Positions 39,516-49,577 of a stretch of DNA of 64,000 nucleotides are shown here, piece after piece (the first letter of the stretch is position 1; every line of letters begins with the position of its first letter). This DNA is from an uncultured Acidobacteriota bacterium (GTDB lineage Bacteria; Acidobacteriota; Thermoanaerobaculia; UBA5066; Gp7-AA6). The stretch spans positions 94,346 through 158,345 of the forward strand of contig CAWGSA010000002.1 in the NCBI GenBank assembly GCA_963825175.1. The letters run 5' to 3'. The translations under genes were made by a program, and so were the position numbers. A model generated the notes under the pieces. That model made no database searches. It saw only the letters and a program-made list of their open reading frames with translations, and had not been told where the DNA came from.

Positions 39516-39941
39516 TTACCGGAGGCGACGGTCGCGCCCGGCGAGCTTCTTCCACGAGACGAACACGAACCCCGCGGCGGTCAAGGCGGCCAGCGCAATC
39601 TTGGTGACGTCGAGAACGGGTTGCACGCGCACGCCGTCGGGAGTCGACACGATGACGGCGACGCTGCGGGCGAGCGTTCGGCCGCCACCTCCTCCACCAC
39701 CGCCTCCTCCGCGGTGTTTCCCCAACGCGTCGGTGCGAGCGCCGGCTCCGCTTCCCATTCCGAATCCGGCGATGGACAGGACCTCGGCGGCGGGAAGGAT
39801 CGTCGTCTCGCCCAGGCGCACCGGTTCTCCGTAGACCCGGCGGACGTCCGCCGCGGCGAACAGCCGATCGAGCGCGCCCGCGACGCGATCGAGGGCGGGC
39901 GCGGCAGTGTCCTGCGGCGGCGCACTGGTCGTCTCACTCAT
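39516..39941 (-). CDS. GerW/YtfJ-family protein
   Basis: GEPVRLGETTILPAAEVLSIAGFGMGSG, then a poly-Gly stretch, then RSVAVIVSTPDGVRVQPV. This is the characteristic GerW (DUF2089-like) pattern. Confidence 0.55.
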   Translation of the reverse strand: MSETTSAPPQDTAAPALDRVAGALDRLFAAADVRRVYGEPVRLGETTILPAAEVLSIAGFGMGSGAGARTDALGKHRGGGGGGGGGGRTLARSVAVIVSTPDGVRVQPVLDVTKIALAALTAAGFVFVSWKKLAGRDRRLR

Positions 39942-39945
39942 CCCA

Positions 39946-40236
39946 TCACCCCCCAGATCTTCGTTTCGGCGCTTGCCTTCGCCGGGAGGGCGTCCGACCG
40001 GCGAACAGGAGCGCGGAGAGTCCGGCCGCGAGGAATAGCCATTGCAGGCGTCGGGTGTGGTCGACGATGGGCAGGAAGCGGCGCCCGGATCGGTCCTCGA
40101 CCACCACGCCGACCGGGCGATTCCAGACCAGCCCGCCGGATCGCCCCCACCGCAGGCGCAGAGCCCGGCTCACGGGACGCAGGACTCGATCGCCCGTCGG
40201 CACGGGATCGCCGATGGTGGTGACGAACGCGCTCAC
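39946..40236 (-). CDS. hypothetical small membrane protein
   Basis: 96-aa ORF with a C-terminal hydrophobic helix (LQWLFLAAGLSALLFAG). It is tightly packed between the GerW-like gene and the ORF at 40269-40564. No family recognised. Confidence 0.3.
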   Translation of the reverse strand: MSAFVTTIGDPVPTGDRVLRPVSRALRLRWGRSGGLVWNRPVGVVVEDRSGRRFLPIVDHTRRLQWLFLAAGLSALLFAGRTPSRRRQAPKRRSGG

Positions 40237-40268
40237 GCGGCGAGCCTACCGCGGGCAGAGGAAGCCCG

Positions 40269-40564
40269 CTACTCGGCTTGCGATTCCTCGAAGCGTCCGA
40301 GGATCCGAGACCAGCCGGAGACCGGGATCGGCGCGTCGGTGATCTCCTGCCAGACCACGCGGCCGTCGTGACACAGGAAGTGCGGCTCGATGCGCGGAAA
40401 CGCGACGCGGCGGCCCGCCATCTCACGCCAGACCATCGTGCTGACGCGGCGGCAGCCGCACCCGGCGCACGCCTCCTCCAGCACGAAGGGCGGCGCGCCG
40501 ATCGCGACGTCCGTTCGGGCTGTCCGCCGGGCTCGCCACTGGCCGATGTGTTCGACGGTTCCCA
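40269..40564 (-). CDS. hypothetical Cys-rich small protein
   Basis: 98 aa, MGTVEHIGQWRARRTARTDVAIGAPPFVLEEACAGCGCRRVSTMVWREMAGRRVAFPRIEPHFLCHDGRVVWQEI.... It has several Cys/His that could ligate a metal. The longer 242-aa track ORF is an upstream read-through. Confidence 0.4.
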
Positions 40565-40669
40565 TGGGTTGCTCCTGCTCATACGATCCTCGTCGGCCTG
40601 GACAAACGAGGTCCGACCGGATCGCCGCGGGCCCGCGCCCCGCGGTACGCTTGCGTTGTTCGGTCGAGA

Positions 40670-42019
40670 ATGTCTGATCGCGTGGCGACTTCGGCAATTC
40701 CGGGCCCGGCGCCTTCGCGCCTGCGCCTGGCGTTGCGAGCCCTGAAGCACCGCAATTTCCGGCTCTTCTTCGCCGGCCAGCTCGTCTCTCTCGTCGGCAC
40801 GTGGATGCAGACGGTTTCCCAGGCCTGGCTGGTCTATCGGCTGACGAACTCAGCGGTGCTGCTGGGTTTCGTCGGGTTTGCGTCGCAGATACCCGTGTTC
40901 CTGCTCGCGCCCGTCGGCGGGACCATCGCCGATCGCGCGCACCGCCGACGGGTCGTGGTGGCGACACAGGCCGCTTCCATGGTTCTGGCCCTGGCATTGG
41001 CGGTTCTCACGCTGACCGGGGCGGTGAAGGTCTGGCACATCTTCGTCCTGGCCGCGCTCTTGGGGGTCGTCAACGCCGTGGACATCCCCGCTCGCCAGGC
41101 CTTTGTGGTCGAGATGGTCGGGCGCGACGATCTGATGAACGCGATCGCGCTCAACTCGTCCATGTTCAACGGCGCGCGCATCGTCGGTCCGGCCGTGGCC
41201 GGCATCCTGGTGGCTTCGATCGGCGAAGGATGGTGCTTTCTCGCCAATGGCCTCTCCTACATCGCGGTGATCGCCGGACTGCTGGCGATGCGCGTGCCGG
41301 CGTCCGCGGCATCAGGCAAGGTGAGCTCGACGCTGGAGCACATGGCCGAGGGCTTTCGTTTCGTCGCCCGGACGGCGCCGGTCAAGGCCCTCCTGCTTCT
41401 GCTCGGCGTCATCAGCTTCGTTGGCATGCCGTACGCGGTTTTGATGCCGGTCTTCGCCGAGCGCATCCTCCACCGAGGGGCGAGCGGGCTGGGCATCCTC
41501 ATGGGCGCTTCGGGAGTCGGAGCGCTGGCCGGCTCTCTGGCGCTGGCGGCCCGGCGCGGGATCCTCGGGTTGGGCACGTGGGTCGCGTTCGCCGCGGGCG
41601 GCTTCGGGGTCTCTCTCGCGCTCTTCGCCGCTTCGAAGACCTTCTGGCTCTCGGTCGCGCTTCTCGTGCCGGTCGGCTTCACGATGATGCTCGAGATGGC
41701 GTCGTCCAACACGCTCATCCAGGCGATGGTTCCGGACTCTCTGCGCGGACGCGTCATGGCGCTCTACTCGATGATGTTCATGGGAATGGCTCCGCTGGGC
41801 TCGCTCGCCGCGGGATGGCTCGCGGAGCGGATCGGCGCGCCGGAGGCGGTCGCGCTGGGGGGAGGCCTCTCGGTCGTCGCGGCGATCGTGTTCGGTCTGC
41901 GTCTTCCGACATTGCGCGTCGAAGGCCAGCGCCTGGTGCTCGCCAACCAGATGGTGGGCGGCGATCCGCCGCAAGAGGCCACTGCGGGCCTCGCCTCGGC
42001 CGAGGCGAAGTCGAACTAG
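40670..42019 (+). CDS. MFS transporter (EntS/MFS_3-like, 12 TM)
   Basis: LRALKHRNFRLFFAGQLVSLVGTWMQTVSQAWLVYRLT..., ...GGTIADRAHRRRV.... Hydropathy is typical of MFS efflux pumps. Confidence 0.9.
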   Translation: MSDRVATSAIPGPAPSRLRLALRALKHRNFRLFFAGQLVSLVGTWMQTVSQAWLVYRLTNSAVLLGFVGFASQIPVFLLAPVGGTIADRAHRRRVVVATQAASMVLALALAVLTLTGAVKVWHIFVLAALLGVVNAVDIPARQAFVVEMVGRDDLMNAIALNSSMFNGARIVGPAVAGILVASIGEGWCFLANGLSYIAVIAGLLAMRVPASAASGKVSSTLEHMAEGFRFVARTAPVKALLLLLGVISFVGMPYAVLMPVFAERILHRGASGLGILMGASGVGALAGSLALAARRGILGLGTWVAFAAGGFGVSLALFAASKTFWLSVALLVPVGFTMMLEMASSNTLIQAMVPDSLRGRVMALYSMMFMGMAPLGSLAAGWLAERIGAPEAVALGGGLSVVAAIVFGLRLPTLRVEGQRLVLANQMVGGDPPQEATAGLASAEAKSN

Positions 42020-42042
42020 TTTCGATCTTCGGTCCATGGCGG

Positions 42043-43542
42043 TCACTGGAGGAGCCGCTTGTACTGGCGCAGATCCTTGGACGTCTCGAAAAGCAGCTCG
42101 CCGGTCTCGGAGGAGACGACCGAGAGCCGCGGCGAGGGACCGGGCGTCTCGTCCCACGCCTGGATGGAAAGCCCCAGTCTGCGGCTGTCGCTGGAGAATC
42201 CGGAGACGGTCGCAACGATGTTGGCCAGAGCGCGGTCGCGCAGCGGCCGTCCCGACGCCAGGAACGCGATTTCCCGCGCGGGCTCGTCTCTTTCGAGTGA
42301 GGCCATGACCGGCAGAAGCGCCGACGGTTTGGAGACCTCGATCCACGCGGCGGACTTTCCGTCGGGAGAGACGCGCAGTGAGCCGGGAACGGGCAGGACC
42401 GGGATCGCCGCTCGCTGCAGGAACGGAGTGGTGCGCTTGTCGTCGGAAGTCTGGACCAGGAGCTTCAATTTGCCGATCTCGCCGTCGATGCGCACGGCGA
42501 CCTGCACTCCTTTGACGGTCAGACGGCACTCCTGAGGAAAGGGCCGGGCGCCGTCGCCGCGCATCGCCTTCAGGATGTCGGCGCGGGCCGCGAGCCGAGG
42601 GCCGTCCTTCCCGTCCGGCAGGAGCGTCGAGACCCGCTGCGCGGCGGCGCGAGTCCGATCGGCGATCCTGGTGATGTCGTCCAGCCGTCCGGCGGCGAGC
42701 AGAAGGCGGCCCAGAGGAAGCACGGCCAGGCCCAACCGGTCGGCGGCGGTCCGCACGACCGGCAGACTCTGGGCGGATTCGGCGAGCTCGAGCCATCCGG
42801 CGGACTCGGGCACCAGCGCCGCAAGCGAGTCGCCGGGCACCCGAAAGCGAGACCGCAGGAGGCCGCCCAGCGCTCGCTCGCGCAGCGACGCGACCGTCCT
42901 GGGGTCCTGCCGGGCGGTGACGTCGAGCGCTCTCTGGAAGGCGATTCCGTTGTAGGCGTAGAGCGGTTTGCCCTCCGCGCTCTGGCCGCGCTGCGTGATC
43001 TCCAGCCCCGCGGGAAAAGGACCTCCGTCGGCGGCCAGCGCCTCCGCCGCCTCGCCCAGCATCAACTCGGCCCGCGGATCGGCAGCTCCCGCCGCGCGCA
43101 GGCGCTCGGCGCCCCGCGCGAGGAAGACGACGGCGATCATCCGCAAGGTCGGGTTGCGGACCAGGGCGCGGCCGACGGTCAACAGGTCCGCGGCGCCGGA
43201 GGGGTCCGGCGAGAAGACCGACACGGTCTCGCAAGCCAGGAATCCCGTGCGCGTCCCGCCGGCGGCGACGGCAGGAGATCCGACCGGGATCTCCACGTGC
43301 AGAAAGGCATCGCCCCCTTCCAGCAGCGCGACCCGCGTGCCGTAGGGGAGCCGGGCCACGGCCTTCGCGCCGGCGGAGGCGGTCTCTCTCAGCATCGCGG
43401 CCTTTGCCGTGACGAAGACGTCCGCGCCGCGCTTCTCCTCCTCCGGCGGGGCCGAGAGCGGACCGGCGGGGCACGGGCCTGCCGGCGCGTTGAGCAGGAA
43501 CAGAATCGGGACGAGACGAAGCAGGGTTTTCGAACGACTCAT
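42043..43542 (-). CDS. hypothetical exported protein
   Basis: MSRSKTLLRLVPILFLLNAPAGPCPA signal peptide. 499 aa and Ala/Leu/Arg-rich. No recognisable domain. Confidence 0.45.
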   Translation of the reverse strand: MSRSKTLLRLVPILFLLNAPAGPCPAGPLSAPPEEEKRGADVFVTAKAAMLRETASAGAKAVARLPYGTRVALLEGGDAFLHVEIPVGSPAVAAGGTRTGFLACETVSVFSPDPSGAADLLTVGRALVRNPTLRMIAVVFLARGAERLRAAGAADPRAELMLGEAAEALAADGGPFPAGLEITQRGQSAEGKPLYAYNGIAFQRALDVTARQDPRTVASLRERALGGLLRSRFRVPGDSLAALVPESAGWLELAESAQSLPVVRTAADRLGLAVLPLGRLLLAAGRLDDITRIADRTRAAAQRVSTLLPDGKDGPRLAARADILKAMRGDGARPFPQECRLTVKGVQVAVRIDGEIGKLKLLVQTSDDKRTTPFLQRAAIPVLPVPGSLRVSPDGKSAAWIEVSKPSALLPVMASLERDEPAREIAFLASGRPLRDRALANIVATVSGFSSDSRRLGLSIQAWDETPGPSPRLSVVSSETGELLFETSKDLRQYKRLLQ

Positions 43543-43566
43543 GGCGTCCTCCTTGGATTCCTCTCT

Positions 43567-44841
43567 TCAGTGGACCGTTGTCGAGCGGTTGGCGGTGGTC
43601 GCCGCGGGAGCCGGCGAGACCGCGGGCTCGCCGTTCACGACCCGCTTGAAGATCTCGCCGGTGAAGGCCTCGCCGCCGATCGACGGAGTCAGAATGACCT
43701 GAACCTTGTCGGAGAGCCGATCGGCGAATGTCTTGGGGACGAGCAGCGGGTTGGCGGAGATGAGCTCGGCCTCGCGCTTCAAGTTCTCGAACTGGGCGAG
43801 AGAAGTCGTGCGGATGGCGTAGGCCTCCGCGTCGGCGAGCGTCTTTCTTCTCTGGGCCTCGGCGTCTGCCTGGATCCGCGCGACCTGGGCCTCCGCCTGC
43901 GCGCGCTCGACGCGAGTCTCCTTGTCCGCTTGTGCCTCCAGCTTTTTCTGAGTGATCTCCTTTTCTTTCTGGGCCAGTAGAAACTTCATCGCCTCCGACT
44001 CGGCTCGGGCGCCGATGAGCCGGCGGGAAGCGGCGGCCTCCGCTTCCTTCTCGACGCGCGCCTTCTGAGCGTCCGCCTCAAGCCGGGTTTTCTCGACCTC
44101 CTTGGCCTTGAGCTTCAACGTGACGTCCATGCGCTCCGCGTTCTGGACCTCGTCGACCAGGGCCACGCGGCCGCGCTCGTACTCGCGCGGCAGCGTCAGG
44201 TCACCGATGAGGACTTCCTTCAGGGTGATGCCGCTCTCCGCCAGCCGCAGCCGCGCCGCGCGGCCCGCGACCTGGGCCAGTTCCTCACGCTTTTCGGCAA
44301 CGAGCTGTCGGACGTCGTAGGCCGGGGCCGCCGACCGAAAGGCGGACGCGATCACGGGAGCGACAAGCTCCCGCGCGGGATCCGCAGGGAGGGCGGCCCA
44401 CTGCGACTGAAGGTGCCGCCGATCGAGGGCCCAGCGGGCCTGGACCGTCAGCTGGGCGGCCACGCCTTCCCTGGTCGAGACGCTGAAGCTTCCTGCCGGA
44501 CCGGAGAGCAACTGGTCCGAGACGCGGACGGTATGGAGATCGTAGAGCGCGAGCGGGCGCCAGGCCGTTCCCGGCGGAAGGATCTGGAGATCTCCAGTCA
44601 GCCTGTTGACGGAGATGCCGGCGAAGCCCGGCTCGACCTCACGCATGCTCCCCTTGAGCAGGCGTGAGACGGCCCACGCCACGAGCAGAAGAGCGGCCAC
44701 GACGAAGAGGCGCCGCCGAGAGATTTCGGGTGGACGCAAGCGCGTCGAGGAGATCATCTCCAGGATCCGGCGCAGCGGCGAAGGATCCGGATCCCGTGGT
44801 GGCGGCTCGGGGGCAGCAGGATGCAGGCTGGCGTTTTCCAT
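43567..44841 (-). CDS. SPFH/band-7 (prohibitin/flotillin-like) domain membrane protein with a long coiled-coil
   Basis: GGAGG RBS. MENASLHPAA..., then a TM helix (LFVVAALLLVAWAV), then an SPFH domain (VEPGFAGISVNRLTGDLQILPPGTAWRPLALYDLHTVRVSDQ...). A K/E/A-rich coiled-coil follows (KLKAKEVEKTRLEADAQKARVEKEAEAAASRR...). Confidence 0.8.
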   Translation of the reverse strand: MENASLHPAAPEPPPRDPDPSPLRRILEMISSTRLRPPEISRRRLFVVAALLLVAWAVSRLLKGSMREVEPGFAGISVNRLTGDLQILPPGTAWRPLALYDLHTVRVSDQLLSGPAGSFSVSTREGVAAQLTVQARWALDRRHLQSQWAALPADPARELVAPVIASAFRSAAPAYDVRQLVAEKREELAQVAGRAARLRLAESGITLKEVLIGDLTLPREYERGRVALVDEVQNAERMDVTLKLKAKEVEKTRLEADAQKARVEKEAEAAASRRLIGARAESEAMKFLLAQKEKEITQKKLEAQADKETRVERAQAEAQVARIQADAEAQRRKTLADAEAYAIRTTSLAQFENLKREAELISANPLLVPKTFADRLSDKVQVILTPSIGGEAFTGEIFKRVVNGEPAVSPAPAATTANRSTTVH

Positions 44842-45056
44842 CCGGGGCCTCCTTCTTGTCTCTCTACTCTCTGCTCGCCGGCTCGAGTCGGCGGGAGCCC
44901 GGCTTTCTTTCGCCGGCTCCAGGGAAAGAAGACTTCTCGGCGGTGCCGCGGCGGCGGCGGCGGCGGGGAAAGAGGAGGGCCGATTACGGCGAAAAAGAGG
45001 CGCGCGGCGAGGCAAATCTCCAAAGGACCGCCGTTCCGACGGCAATCTGTCGCACA

Positions 45057-45913
45057 ATGGAGTCGTGCGCTCCCCGGCGCAGGCCCTGGCGGAGTGGTTC
45101 GTCCGGCAAATCACCCGGCCGCGTCGCGAGTACCGGCGCTTCGTCTTCAACGACGAAGAGCGGCTGAAGAGCCGGATCCGACCCGGCGACGTCGTCCTGG
45201 TCGACGGCGACCAGCGGGTGTCGCAGGTCATCAAATACCTGACGATGTCTTCCTGGTCCCACAGCGCGATCTACATCGGCAGCCGCCTGCTGCGCGATGA
45301 GAAGCGCCGCGACGAGATCAAGAAGACGTTCGGACGCGAGGCCCGGTATCTGATCGCCGAGGCGCTCATCGACGAAGGGGTCGTGGTGTCGCCGCTCACC
45401 AAGTACATCGATTTCAACCTCCGCGTGTGCCGCCCGGTCGGCCTGTCCCCCCCGCAGATCGAGACCGTCCTCGACTACGTCCTGGCCCGGATGGGGCACC
45501 GCTATGACCGGCGCAACATTTTCGACCTCTTTCGTTACCTCCTTCCGCTGCGGTTGATCCCGATGCGGCTGCGCGAGGACGCGTTGCACTTTGGCAGCGG
45601 CAAGGACACCGAGACGATCTGCTCCTCCCTGCTGGCCGAGGCGTTTGCCAGGGTGGGGTTCGAGATCCTGCCGATCCACATCCGCAAGAACGCCGTGGTC
45701 CGGGGCGAACTGCGTAAGAAGATCCTGGGGCGGCCGACCCGGCGCACGCGCAGTGGCCTTCTGGGCGCGCGACACGCGAGCCTCTGTGTTCCGGAGGACT
45801 TCGATCTCTCGCCCCACTTCGACGTGGTGAAGTTCAACGCGCGCGAACCGGTGCGGTTCGACCACGTGCGGAGGGACGACCTGGAGTCGACCGAGTCCCT
45901 GTCGCAAGACTAG
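45057..45913 (+). CDS. YiiX-family permuted papain-like (NlpC/P60 superfamily) protein
   Basis: PGDVVLVDGDQRVSQVIKYLTMSSWSHSAIYIG...ICSSLLAEAFARVGF has the conserved Cys/His arrangement of the YiiX family. The 5' end is ambiguous: ATG at 45057 is in the adjacent frame, GTG at 45065 is in-frame but too close to the GGAG, so a 1-nt indel is likely. Confidence 0.55.
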
Positions 45914-46142
45914 CGCCGCCCCGCGACCGTTGAGAATCTCAGGCGCGACCAATCCTCGGCACGCAGGACCGGGCCACCAGCCTGGAGGAGCTGGCCCCTC
46001 CTCCTTGCGGCCGCGATCCGGCGGCCCGAGCCCGCTGATATAAGAGCCGCAACGTGCGCTCCACCATCTCCAACGGCCGCCCCTCGGACGCGGCGACGCC
46101 CGGCGCGGAGAGTCACCGGTCATCCGGGCCGGAGACGTCCCG

Positions 46143-47663
46143 GTGGCGGAAGTAGCGCCTCGTCCTCGGCCCGGCTCCGTGCGCCGGCCGTTGCTGATCT
46201 ACGTCGCCGTCGTTCTGACCTTCGGCGCGGGAATCTATCTTGCGCTGCAGCGAGGAAGAAGTCTGGAACCCGCAGGAGTCACCGACTCCCGCTCTGCCTC
46301 GGCCGGCGCCGTGGAGCCGCCCGCCGGCCGAGCCGCTGGCGGAGGCGTGCCGACGGGGAGGCCGCGGTCCCGCCTCGATCTGCCGCTGGCCTTGCTGCTG
46401 CTCCAGCTGACGGTGATCGTCTTCGTGGCCCGGCTGTTCGGAGCCGGATTCGAGCGGTTCGGCCAGCCCGCGGTCGTCGGGGAGATCGTGGCCGGCATCG
46501 TGCTGGGTCCGTCCGTGATGGGCGCACTCGCCCCCGGGACCTTCGACTTCCTGTTTCGGGCGTCTTCGCTCCAGACTCTCAACCTCTTCGCGCAGATCGG
46601 CGTTGTCCTGTTTCTCTTCGTCGTGGGCCTGGAGCTCGACGTCACGCTTCTACGCGGCATGGCCCACACCGCCGTGGTCGTGAGCCACGCCAGCATTCTG
46701 GTCCCCTATTTCCTCGGCGTGGTTCTCTCTCTCTTCCTGTACCACGATCTGGCGCCGGCCGGCGTCCGCTTTCTCTCCTTCGCCTTGTTCATGGGCATCG
46801 CCATGAGCATCACCGCCTTTCCCGTTCTGGCGCGGATCCTGACCGAGCGCCGGATGACGCGGACTGATCTGGGAAGCACCGCCATCACCTGCGCCGCGGT
46901 CGACGACGTCACGGCGTGGAGCATCCTGGCGGCGGTGGTCGGCGTCGTCGGCGCGCGCGGGTTGTCGGGGGCCGCGTGGACGGTCGGTCTCACGATCCTC
47001 TTCGCCGCCGTGATGCTCGGCGTGGTGCGGCCTCTGCTCGCTCGCCTCTTTCCGCAGGATGCAGCCGGAGGCCGGCCCGGGAAGACGGCCATGGCCGGGG
47101 CGCTCATCCTTCTTCTTGCCTCCGCGCTGGCGACCGAGACGATCGGCATTCATGCTCTGTTCGGCGCGTTCCTGGCGGGAGTGGTCATGCCGCGAGGAGC
47201 GAATCTGCGCCGCGCCCTGACCGAACGGCTGGAAGAGGTCAGCTCCGTCCTTCTCCTCCCGCTCTTCTTCGCCTTCACCGGCTTGCGCACTCAGATCGGG
47301 CTCTTGAGCGACGGTCGCGGCTGGCTCCTCGCTCTCGTCATCATCCTCGTGGCCACGTCGGGCAAGCTCGGTGCCAGCATGCTCGCGGCCCGGGCGACGC
47401 ATCTGAACTGGATCGACTCCTTCGCGCTCGGCGCCCTGATGAACACCCGCGGGCTGATGGAGCTCATCGCCCTGAATATCGGCTACGACCTCGGGATCCT
47501 CTCTCCCCGGATTTTCGCCATGATGGTCCTGATGGCTCTGGTCACGACGTTTGCCACCGGGCCGCTTCTGTCGGTGGCCGACGCGCTGCGCCGCCGGGCG
47601 GCCGCGCGTCAGGGTCCGAGTGCGCCGGCGGCCAGACGCAAGTCGGTCACCAGCAGGCCGTAG
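46143..47663 (+). CDS. monovalent cation:proton antiporter (CPA2/Kef-NapA type Na+/H+ or K+/H+ exchanger)
   Basis: [38 protein letters not shown]...[11 protein letters not shown]...[11 protein letters not shown] is typical of the Na_H_Exchanger fold. 12-13 TM segments. Confidence 0.85.
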   Translation: MAEVAPRPRPGSVRRPLLIYVAVVLTFGAGIYLALQRGRSLEPAGVTDSRSASAGAVEPPAGRAAGGGVPTGRPRSRLDLPLALLLLQLTVIVFVARLFGAGFERFGQPAVVGEIVAGIVLGPSVMGALAPGTFDFLFRASSLQTLNLFAQIGVVLFLFVVGLELDVTLLRGMAHTAVVVSHASILVPYFLGVVLSLFLYHDLAPAGVRFLSFALFMGIAMSITAFPVLARILTERRMTRTDLGSTAITCAAVDDVTAWSILAAVVGVVGARGLSGAAWTVGLTILFAAVMLGVVRPLLARLFPQDAAGGRPGKTAMAGALILLLASALATETIGIHALFGAFLAGVVMPRGANLRRALTERLEEVSSVLLLPLFFAFTGLRTQIGLLSDGRGWLLALVIILVATSGKLGASMLAARATHLNWIDSFALGALMNTRGLMELIALNIGYDLGILSPRIFAMMVLMALVTTFATGPLLSVADALRRRAAARQGPSAPAARRKSVTSRP

Positions 47664-48601
47664 AGACGCTCTCCTCCAGCCGCGTTCTCGGCGCGCAGGA
47701 CCGCGGACGGATGGTACGTGGCCAGAAGCCTGGGCGCCCATGGGCTCTCGATGAACCGGCCGCGGTCCCGCGTGATGCGAAAGTCCGGACCGATCAGCGC
47801 CTTCGAGGCCGTCGCGCCGAGGCAAACGAGGACGCGCGGGCGCACGATCGCGAGCTCGGCCTCCAGCCAGGGCCGGCACGCGCCGATCTCGATCGGGCCC
47901 GGCGTCTGGTGGATCCGCCGCCTCGCGGTGCGCGCGAACTTGAAGTGCTTGACCGCGTTGGTGACGTAGACGTCCTCGCGCGCGATTCCCGCGTCGACGA
48001 GCGCGCGGTCGAGCACTTCGCCGGCCGGGCCGACGAAGGGGGCGCCCTGGATGTCCTCCTGGTCCCCGGGCTGCTCGCCCACCAGAACGGCCCGCGCGGT
48101 CGGCGGCCCCTTGCCGAACACGGTCTGCGTGGAGTGGCGGTAGAGATCGCAGCCGCGGCAGGAGGCCGCGGCCCGGGCGAGCTCATCCAGGTCGCGGGTG
48201 TGCGGCACGAACGGGCCGGCTCCGGACGCCGGCGCAGCGGCCAGGCCCTCCTGCAGCTGCGCGTCGAGCCGGCGAAGGCGGACGAGGTCGGGGTCGTCCC
48301 GCCGCAGCATCAACCCCCGATCTCCGCGGGCGAGCCTCCACAGGACGGAATACAGAAGCCTCCACCGATCGGGATCGGGGTGCCCGGCCACCGATCGGGC
48401 GAGCTCGAGAAAAGCCCGCGGCACCAGCAGGTCGGCTTCGGGAGCAGTCGGTTCGGCCGCCGGATCGAAGAGGCCCGGCGCCGACGACGAAACGGGCGCC
48501 TCCCGCCAGACGGTCTCTTCCGGGGCGACCTGGTCGGAAATCAAGCGCCGCGCGGCGTGGCGAAAGGCCTCCAGGGTCGGGGTGATCGTGATCTCTCGCA
48601 C
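47609..48601 (-). CDS. family-4 uracil-DNA glycosylase-type domain fused to an N-terminal DUF4130-like domain
   Basis: C-terminal half: [31 protein letters not shown]...[12 protein letters not shown]...[14 protein letters not shown] (UDG family 4/5 motifs). N-terminal half: [19 protein letters not shown].... Confidence 0.8.
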   Translation of the reverse strand: MREITITPTLEAFRHAARRLISDQVAPEETVWREAPVSSSAPGLFDPAAEPTAPEADLLVPRAFLELARSVAGHPDPDRWRLLYSVLWRLARGDRGLMLRRDDPDLVRLRRLDAQLQEGLAAAPASGAGPFVPHTRDLDELARAAASCRGCDLYRHSTQTVFGKGPPTARAVLVGEQPGDQEDIQGAPFVGPAGEVLDRALVDAGIAREDVYVTNAVKHFKFARTARRRIHQTPGPIEIGACRPWLEAELAIVRPRVLVCLGATASKALIGPDFRITRDRGRFIESPWAPRLLATYHPSAVLRAENAAGGERLYGLLVTDLRLAAGALGP

Positions 48602-48656
48602 AGCCTCGTGCCCTTGCGATCCGTGTACCCGAGAGAGCCGGGCCGGCGCCCGGCTC

Positions 48657-48893
48657 TCAGTCGATCCGGATCGAGAGGTGTTTCTTGCACGCCCTGGCCC
48701 ACCGCCGCAGGAACTCGACGGTGTGGTTCGTCTCGGCGCGCTCGGCCTGGGCGATGGCCTGCTGGGTGCAGCGAAACGCGTGCGCCAGCTCCGCCTGAGT
48801 CAATGCCGCCTGCTCCCGGGCGTGCCGGAGCAGCTCGCCCACGGAGGCGTCCTCGGACGAGACTTTCCGCTTGGGGGATTGTCGTTTTCGCAC
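48657..48893 (-). CDS. XRE-family helix-turn-helix transcriptional regulator
   Basis: GAGGAGG RBS, then GTG. The HTH is LLRHAREQAALTQAELAHAFRCTQQAIAQAE. ~78 aa. It lies immediately upstream of the UDG gene on the same strand. Confidence 0.7.
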   Translation of the reverse strand: MRKRQSPKRKVSSEDASVGELLRHAREQAALTQAELAHAFRCTQQAIAQAERAETNHTVEFLRRWARACKKHLSIRID

Positions 48894-48907
48894 CGTTCGC
48901 CTCCTCA

Positions 48908-48923
48908 CAATACCAATATTGTA
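48908..48923 (-). promoter_or_regulatory. perfect 6-4-6 palindrome ACAATA-CCAA-TATTGT in the XRE gene promoter (candidate operator / -10 overlap)
   Basis: It lies 15-30 nt upstream of the GTG start of the XRE regulator and contains a TACAAT/TATTGT -10-like hexamer. Confidence 0.45.
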
Positions 48924-49008
48924 GACCACGATCGAGCGCGAGTCGAGAGCCCCGAAAAGAAAAGGCCGGACCCATCCGGGTCCGGCCTGGCGAAATCAGT
49001 GCGGCGAA

Positions 49009-49299
49009 TCAGTAGCGCGAGCGGCCTCCCCGGCTGTTTCCGCCGGCTCCGCCGGCACCCTCGCGCGGCCTGGCCTCGTTGACGGTGAGCGGCCGACCCC
49101 CGAAGTCGGTTCCGTTGAGCGACAGGGCCGCCTTGGCCTTCTCGTTGTCGCTGAACTCGACGAACCCGAACCCCTTGGACTGGCCGGAGTCGCGATCGGT
49201 GATCACGCGGGCCGAGTCCGGCGTGCCGAATCGCGCGAAGACGTCGCGCAGCTGGTCATCGGAAATGTTGTACGGAAGATTCCCCACGTAGAGCTTCAT
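49009..49299 (-). CDS. RRM-type glycine-rich RNA-binding protein
   Basis: MKLYVGNLPYNISDDQLRDVFARFG (RNP2), KGFGFVEF (RNP1), then a GGAGG-rich tail. Confidence 0.9.
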   Translation of the reverse strand: MKLYVGNLPYNISDDQLRDVFARFGTPDSARVITDRDSGQSKGFGFVEFSDNEKAKAALSLNGTDFGGRPLTVNEARPREGAGGAGGNSRGGRSRY

Positions 49300-49577
49300 G
49301 AACCCATCCTTTTGTGCCGGGTCGACCGGCGCGTTGCCGGCGGATCGGGGACCGGAGAGCCGCCGGCGCGACGCTCCGCCTTCTCGTTGTTGCTTTCGTT
49401 CGGGATTCGTCAGAGCGGATCTGGCAAAGGCGAGCGAACCGAGAACACGCGGACTGTATCACGGTCGGGCCGGCCCTCCCGATTTCCGTTGTACAATGGC
49501 AGTGACTTCAGCCCGCCAGGACCGCCTCTCAGAAGAGAGTCCCGCCCGGAGCGAACGTCTACGGGAGCGGAGACCAA

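Noticed and set aside
44984-46123. 379-aa minus-strand ORF overlapping the YiiX-like gene and the intergenic region
   Set aside because: Antisense shadow of the plus-strand YiiX-family gene, with no recognisable motifs and a biased composition.
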